DNA of 64,000 bases from Eledone cirrhosa (taxonomy: Eukaryota): the NCBI GenBank assembly GCA_964016885.1, contig OZ024753.1, forward strand, positions 18,538,001 to 18,602,000, in the 5' to 3' direction. This document shows, piece after piece, positions 57,541-64,000 of this stretch. The number at the start of each line of letters is the position of its first letter. The stretch's first letter is position 1. The translations under genes were made by a program, and so were the position numbers. The notes under the pieces are model-generated. The model was not told the DNA's origin and did no database searches. It was given only the letters and a program-made list of their open reading frames with translations.

Positions 57541-59885
57541 CATTAAGGGTACTATTTATGGTTATGTATGCAATAAAACCTTTGATGGTAATATATTATA
57601 TATACACAAACCCTAAATAGTGAGAGATAGTTCTTAATTACTATCCTATTACCAGTAAGTTAAATAGCTCAATGTAATAGCATCAGTTGTTATACAGAGC
57701 AGTTATATAGAGATTACAGTAATCAAAGTTCAGTTTAAGTCATTTATTTGCTTACAATTGTTTCCTCCAAACCGAGGTTTGGATTCTTCGGAGCAGCTAT
57801 TTATAACATACTTGACCTCCTTTTCAACCCAAGAGACACATAAAACATATGCGCATATTGATCAACAGTGGGGTGACATTCATCAAATGAAATAGCATGG
57901 CAATTTACATATAAAGTGTTACATGATAAAAATAAAATAAAATAAAATAAAATAAAAGCAAGAGTGAAAATAAAGATAAACATGAAGCGTTGGCAGTCTA
58001 TGAAGATAAAGCAAGAGGAAAGCTTAGAGTAGTCAGTGTATGAAGCAATCTCCCGTGTAGCATGCACGCTTTCTTATCTATACATGATTAGAGTGCGTCA
58101 GAATGATATTTGCAGGATCAGGCAGTTGAAGCAGGCAATCGATCTTATAATATAGGCTGAATTATTAAGTCATTTATTCTCATACATCTGTATGATATAC
58201 AGTCTCGGATGCGGGGAAACACCAACATATCAAAAACCTTCAACATACTATAAACCTTATTGTATCGTAGGCAAGGTCGTACCACTGTCCTTGCTCACAC
58301 CACCACTCACATAATCCATGAGACGCAATATATATATAGAGAACACGCGTCTATCGTATAATTCGCAGTGGTTCATCATATAGTCAAGCTATAAACGGTA
58401 TCCAGTCGGTTCTTAATTAATATATCATGCTGTCCAAATTCCGGAAGTGCCTGAATGATTAAGGGGAATTAATGCGTAAGGGGAGGTAACTAGCTAGTTA
58501 TTTTAGTTTCATTACTATGCTAAACTACATTAATGGTGATTCAAATACGTGCCTAACATGTGAAGTTATAACTAATATCTAGAGTATGGTACCCATTTAT
58601 AAGTTAGAGAGTTGTTCATTAAGAAGTACAAGGGTGTATATACTAGGATGATTGCCAACCAATAATTAAGGGGTGTCATATCTGAACGTTCTATAAGAGG
58701 AGTCGGACTCTCAAGTCACTGCTCCATGCAAATGTAATACAACAGTAGGACCTGGTATGGTCCCACTATTATATATGCCACCCGGTAGGCTCCGGGTCAT
58801 TGCTTGCCTGCATCTCCAGTAAATCTTCAGTATGGTCCGGAGATCCGATCTCTCATATAAACGCACTAGTCTGGCCATCAGGTAATAGACAACCCCCGTC
58901 TCAAATATAAATCAATTATGTATCACATCTCCAAGCTAGAGTGGTGTCTATTAATAGGTACTAAAGGAGTCCACATCAAGATGATTACGTGCATAATTCA
59001 ATGAACTGATCGCTTACAGTATATACTCACTTAACAATACGATTATCTATCTAATCATCAATCTATCTCTTGGTGGTAATCCATGCACAGGACTATGCTA
59101 TTACAACGAGTACCGTGTCCCTAATTTATACTAATCTTATATTTGTGCAATGCAGAATAAGTAGTCCACGGTCGGGATATCAGTATTAGAGGTACAAGTG
59201 GGTATTCCCAGGGTAGGTGGCACTCAAATGCTGTCAGTATTATCTTTAGAGTATAGAGATGGGTGTGGATGTGAGGTGTAAGGTGTGCTACTGATGTTAA
59301 TTGCTAGGGCTGGTGCCGGTTCCAGTCTGACATTATTATATATAGGGTTTAAAGTTTTGGAACGAGTGTCGGAAGCGGGGTTGGCAATTTGCGAACACTT
59401 CTGATTTTTTATTAAGGAGATTATGTTTAGAGAAGATGATAGTATGTGTCTCTAGTAGACAGAGGTTACAAAATTTATCAGGTGGTTTGTACGATGTTGC
59501 ACTACCTACCACTTCCCATTTAAGTGTATATATTTTATTTTTAGTTTTTAGATAGTGTATGTAGCTAGATAGTGAAGTGGAGTTGGCTAGACTGTGTTTT
59601 TTGAAAGAGTGGAGGTGCGAATTGTATCCAGTTTTGAAGCAGTTAGAAGTGGAGCCTATGTAGGTTTCAGAAGAGCTGTTAGTTGTGACTGTACATGAGT
59701 ATATGATATCCTTGGTTAAGCATTTGTTATCTAAAGGGCAGGTTCTACTTGATCTACAGTTACAATTACTCTGGGTGCTAGTCTGCCGGTTACTATGCTG
59801 TGTAGAGGTTTGGAGGTTAGCTATAGGGTTATGGTTATGCGGGTTGTGGTACGCAGCGTTAATGTTTACACTAGTGCTATTACTA
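57541..59885 (-). mobile_element. Naiad-type PLE, 3' part of the host copy (endonuclease 59336-59885 plus 3' UTR of about 1.8 kb)
   Basis: 58863-59885 is the near-identical reverse complement of 61785-62807; the sequence continues leftwards to an HHR, AATAAA and a (TA)n tract. The left boundary is inferred. Confidence 0.88.
57749..57795 (-). ncRNA. Type I minimal hammerhead ribozyme at Naiad 3' end (U4C)
   Basis: Minus strand: TGCT-CCGAAGA-aTCCAAAC ctcg GTTTGGAg-GAAA-CAATTG-TA-AGCA followed directly by AATAAA; palindromic stem III, GUA site. Confidence 0.8.
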
Positions 59886-61210
59886 TGTCAACCAAGAACA
59901 TACCTTTACCAACCAAAAATACATATGAAAAGTTGTTGATCAACAGTGTAAACTCCTTTATCAATAGAGTGAGATGGAGGACATTCCATTATGATAGAAA
60001 CAAATCTGGCAAGGATAATAACACCAACAAATTTGACTCCTTCGGATTTAAAACATTTAGAAGTCCCCCTCATAACACACTATTAAACCTCTTCGAAAAC
60101 GACCTAATTAAACTAGTTAAAAACATTAAATACAAAAAACACCATAATAAAAACAACACCTTCTTAAACAAACTTAGCACCTCTATTAATGACTTCAAAA
60201 CTAGTAGTAAAATTGTTGTACATGCCGACAAAACTAATAACATATACAGCCTAGATTATAATACGTATAGAAAGTTTATATATAATGAACTACATAAAAA
60301 CTACAAAAAAACCACTATGAAAAACTTAGAAGATATTAATATGGAAGGCTATAATATAGTATCCAAACTAGGGCTCCAGAGACATACACAACCTTACACC
60401 CCAAACCCCCCTAGATTCTCTCTGAAGGACCATAAGGTGGACTTCATTAGCAACCCCTCGATTAGACTAATCTGCCCCTCCAGGTCTGACATTGGCATTA
60501 TCAGTAAAAAAATCCTAGACAAAATCATCCCACAGATTAAACACAAGATTTACCTTAAGCAATGGGGAAATACGGGTGAAGTGATTGAATGGTTCAAAAA
60601 TATCATAGATAACAAGGATAAAAAATTTATCCAATTTGATATCAACTCTTACTACACCTCTATTTCCCCTATCCTACTAAATAAGGCACTTATAATGGCC
60701 ATGGACAATAGTGACTTGACTAGACCCCAGATTGATGTCATACTTGCGGCCCGTAAAACAATAATCACCTTTGAGGACCAATTATGGACCCGCAAGGATA
60801 CGCAAAACAACTTCGACATTACTATGGGGTCTAGTGACTCGGCGCAGGTCACTGATTTGGTTGGCCTATACTTACTTAACCTAATCCACAGGGAACTTCC
60901 GTACCTCAGTGGTGGTTTGTATCGCGATGATGCACTTCTACTTATAGACTATAAAAAATTCAATATAGAAAGTACTAGAAAACTATTGCACAAAACATTC
61001 AAAAACTTTAACCTTAGTATTACCATGGACAAAAACACCAAAAACGTCAACTTCCTAGACGCCACACTCTACTTAGACTCAATGATATATGCACCTTTCC
61101 ACAAACCTAATGAAAAACTCATCTACGTAGATACCAAGTCTAACCACCCTAAATCTATATTGAACTCTATATCTAAGGGAGTATCTAATAGAATCTATCC
61201 TATGACATAA
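59885..61210 (+). CDS. Penelope-like (Naiad) reverse transcriptase domain, frameshifted at C-terminal end
   Basis: STKNIPLP, RVRWR, ADKTNNIY, LKDHKVDF..PSIRLI, FIQFDINSYYTSI, TMGSSDSAQVTDLVGLYLL, LYRDD, VNFLDATL, SNHP. The ATG is formed at the insertion junction. Confidence 0.9.
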   Translation: MSTKNIPLPTKNTYEKLLINSVNSFINRVRWRTFHYDRNKSGKDNNTNKFDSFGFKTFRSPPHNTLLNLFENDLIKLVKNIKYKKHHNKNNTFLNKLSTSINDFKTSSKIVVHADKTNNIYSLDYNTYRKFIYNELHKNYKKTTMKNLEDINMEGYNIVSKLGLQRHTQPYTPNPPRFSLKDHKVDFISNPSIRLICPSRSDIGIISKKILDKIIPQIKHKIYLKQWGNTGEVIEWFKNIIDNKDKKFIQFDINSYYTSISPILLNKALIMAMDNSDLTRPQIDVILAARKTIITFEDQLWTRKDTQNNFDITMGSSDSAQVTDLVGLYLLNLIHRELPYLSGGLYRDDALLLIDYKKFNIESTRKLLHKTFKNFNLSITMDKNTKNVNFLDATLYLDSMIYAPFHKPNEKLIYVDTKSNHPKSILNSISKGVSNRIYPMT

Positions 61211-62799
61211 ACACATTTAACAATAACTCGCAGTATTATAATCATGCATTAGCTAGATCAGGCCATAATACAGGGATAGAGTTCCTACCTACAAAAACAC
61301 ATAGCTACAACATCATTTCACACATGTCCATGGGAAAATTTAATAATAAGAATAGCAACTGCACACACACTAATAGGGATTGTAACAACAAGAGTAACCC
61401 GCACCACAGAAATGACCATAGGAACATTAAAGGAAACAAATCACCAGACATAAAAAACAGAAATAGAAGAAGAAATAATACATTGTTCAACCCTCCTTTC
61501 AATTTAAACGTCTCTACCAACCTTCCTAGGGCTTTCTTCTCACTACTAGATAAACACTTCCCATCCGGCCACAGGTACCACGGCCTTTTAAACAAAAACA
61601 CTATTAAGATCTCATACTCTACTACGCCTAACTTAGCATACCACATAGCTAGTACAAATAAAAGAAAAATTAATTCTTACTTCCAACAAACTAAATCACA
61701 ACGGTCGATAAACCTTCAAAATAACATTCAAAATGACAGTCAAAGTAACATTATAACAAATAACCGTAATATCAATGGAAATAGTAGTAATAGCACTAGT
61801 GTAAACATTAACGCTGCGTACCACAACCCGCATAACCATAACCCTATAGCTAACCTCCAAACCTCTACACAGCATAGTAACCGGCAGACTAGCACCCAGA
61901 GTAATTGTAACTGTAGATCAAGTAGAACCTGCCCTTTAGATAAAAAATGCTTAACCAAGGATATCATATACTCATGTACAGTCACAACTAACAGCTCTTC
62001 TGAAACCTACATAGGCTCCACTTCTAACTGCTTCAAAACTGGATACAATTCGCACCTCCACTCTTTCAAAAAACACAGTCTAGCCAACTCCACTTCACTA
62101 TCTAGCTACATACACTATCTAAAAACTAAAAATAAAATATATACACTTAAATGGGAAGTGGTAGGTAGTGCAACATCGTACAAACCACCTGATAAATTTT
62201 GTAACCTCTGTCTACTAGAGACACATACTATCATCTTCTCTAAACATAATCTCCTTAATAAAAAATCAGAAGTGTTCGCAAATTGCCAACCCCGCTTCCG
62301 ACACTCGTTCCAAAACTTTAAACCCTATATATAATAATGTCAGACTGGAACCGGCACCAGCCCTAGCAATTAACATCAGTAGCACACCTTACACCTCACA
62401 TCCACACCCATCTTTATACTCTAAAGATAATACTGACAGCATTTGAGTGCCACCTACCCTGGGAATACCCACTTGTACCTCTAATACTGATATCCCGACC
62501 GTGGACTACTTATTCTGCATTGCACAAATATAAGATTAGTATAAATTAGGGACACGGTACTCGTTGTGATAGCATAGTCCTGTGCATGGATTACCACCAA
62601 GAGATAGATTGATGATTAGATAGATAATCGTATTGTTAAGTGAGTATATACTGTAAGCGATCAGTTCATTGAATTATGCACGTAATCATCTTGATGTGGA
62701 CTCCTTTAGTACCTATTAATAGACACCAGTCTAGCTTGGAGATGTGATACATAATTGATTTATATTTGAGACGGGGGTTGTCTATTACCTGATGGCCAG
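59886..62799 (+). mobile_element. Naiad-type PLE segment inserted in inverted orientation inside its own copy
   Basis: Flanked by the direct repeat ACTAGTGCTATTACTA (59870-59885, 62800-62815). Confidence 0.9.
61195..62334 (+). CDS. Penelope-like thumb/linker plus GIY-YIG endonuclease (continuation of RT in the -1 frame)
   Basis: LSYDINTFNNNSQYYNHALARSGH..FNPPFN..KHFP..IKISYS..CNCRSSRTCPL..CL..IIY..TYIGST..CNLCLLE..LLNKKSE. Confidence 0.9.
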   Translation, partial: LSYDINTFNNNSQYYNHALARSGHNTGIEFLPTKTHSYNIISHMSMGKFNNKNSNCTHTNRDCNNKSNPHHRNDHRNIKGNKSPDIKNRNRRRNNTLFNPPFNLNVSTNLPRAFFSLLDKHFPSGHRYHGLLNKNTIKISYSTTPNLAYHIASTNKRKINSYFQQTKSQRSINLQNNIQNDSQSNIITNNRNINGNSSNSTSVNINAAYHNPHNHNPIANLQTSTQHSNRQTSTQSNCNCRSSRTCPLDKKCLTKDIIYSCTVTTNSSSETYIGSTSNCFKTGYNSHLHSFKKHSLANSTSLSSYIHYLKTKNKIYTLKWEVVGSATSYKPPDKFCNLCLLETHTIIFSKHNLLNKKSEVFANCQPRFRHSFQNFKPYI

Positions 62800-64000
62800 A
62801 CTAGTGCTATTACTACTATTTCCATTGATATTACGGTTATTTGTTATAATGTTACTTTGACTGTCATTTTGAATGTTATTTTGAAGGTTTATCGACCGTT
62901 GTGATTTAGTTTGTTGGAAGTAAGAATTAATTTTTCTTTTATTTGTACTAGCTATGTGGTATGCTAAGTTAGGCGTAGTAGAGTATGAGATCTTAATAGT
63001 GTTTTTGTTTAAAAGGCCGTGGTACCTGTGGCCGGATGGGAAGTGTTTATCTAGTAGTGAGAAGAAAGCCCTAGGAAGGTTGGTAGAGACGTTTAAATTG
63101 AAAGGAGGGTTGAACAATGTATTATTTCTTCTTCTATTTCTGTTTTTTATGTCTGGTGATTTGTTTCCTTTAATGTTCCTATGGTCATTTCTGTGGTGCG
63201 GGTTACTCTTGTTGTTACAATCCCTATTAGTGTGTGTGCAGTTGCTATTCTTATTATTAAATTTTCCCATGGACATGTGTGAAATGATGTTGTAGCTATG
63301 TGTTTTTGTAGGTAGGAACTCTATCCCTGTATTATGGCCTGATCTAGCTAATGCATGATTATAATACTGCGAGTTATTGTTAAATGTGTTTATGTCATAG
63401 GATAGATTCTATTAGATACTCCCTTAGATATAGAGTTCAATATAGATTTAGGGTGGTTAGACTTGGTATCTACGTAGATGAGTTTTTCATTAGGTTTGTG
63501 GAAAGGTGCATATATCATTGAGTCTAAGTAGAGTGTGGCGTCTAGGAAGTTGACGTTTTTGGTGTTTTTGTCCATGGTAATACTAAGGTTAAAGTTTTTG
63601 AATGTTTTGTGCAATAGTTTTCTAGTACTTTCTATATTGAATTTTTTATAGACTATAAGTAGAAGTGCATCATCGCGATACAAACCACCACTGAGGTACG
63701 GAAGTTCCCTGTGGATTAGGTTAAGTAAGTATAGGCCAACCAAATCAGTGACCTGCGCCGAGTCACTAGACCCCATAGTAATGTCGAAGTTGTTTTGCGT
63801 ATCCTTGCGGGTCCATAATTGGTCCTCAAAGGTGATTATTGTTTTACGGGCCGCAAGTATGACATCAATCTGGGGTCTAGTCAAGTCACTATTGTCCATG
63901 GCCATTATAAGTGCCTTATTTAGTAGGATAGGGGAAATAGAGGTGTAGTAAGAGTTGATATCAAATTGGATAAATTTTTTATCCTTGTTATCTATGATAT
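62800..64000 (-). mobile_element. Naiad-type PLE, 5' part of the host copy (RT core and linker), running off the window
   Basis: Reverse complement of 60600-61800; contiguous on the minus strand with 59885 once the insert and one copy of the 16-bp repeat are removed. Confidence 0.92.

Noticed and set aside
59795-59884. N-terminal extension of the 471-aa RT ORF
   Set aside because: It is the antisense of the linker region across the insertion junction, not genuine coding sequence.
59885-62334. Selenocysteine (UGA) recoding known from some Naiad elements
   Set aside because: Conserved Cys positions are TGT/TGC here and there is no in-frame TGA at those sites in the other endonuclease fragments; no convincing SECIS seen.

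Overview
AT-rich animal genomic DNA with no recognisable host protein-coding gene; the SINE types and microsatellite load suggest a cephalopod such as Octopus (inference). Bases 1-21.56 kb are a 30-bp minisatellite (about 720 units, continuing off the left edge) with irregular higher-order duplications; all the long ORFs there are repeat artefacts. The rest is mostly transposon debris: a deleted mariner, a Tc1/maT relic, a mariner MITE, a non-autonomous Helitron, about 10 tRNA-derived SINEs and at least four lineages of Penelope-like retroelement (PLE, Naiad-type: RT plus CxCx5C linker plus C-terminal GIY-YIG) beside (TA)n tracts. The main signal is RNA-level. About ten distinct type I hammerhead ribozyme (HHR) motifs, intact or decayed, lie within about 34 kb, several in tail-out inverted repeats. 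Two unrelated ones carry the uncommon compensatory U3-A8 core (UUGAnAA). At 57.5-64 kb a young Naiad element contains an inverted 2.9-kb piece of itself flanked by a 16-bp direct repeat. All calls are by eye; no searches or folding were run.
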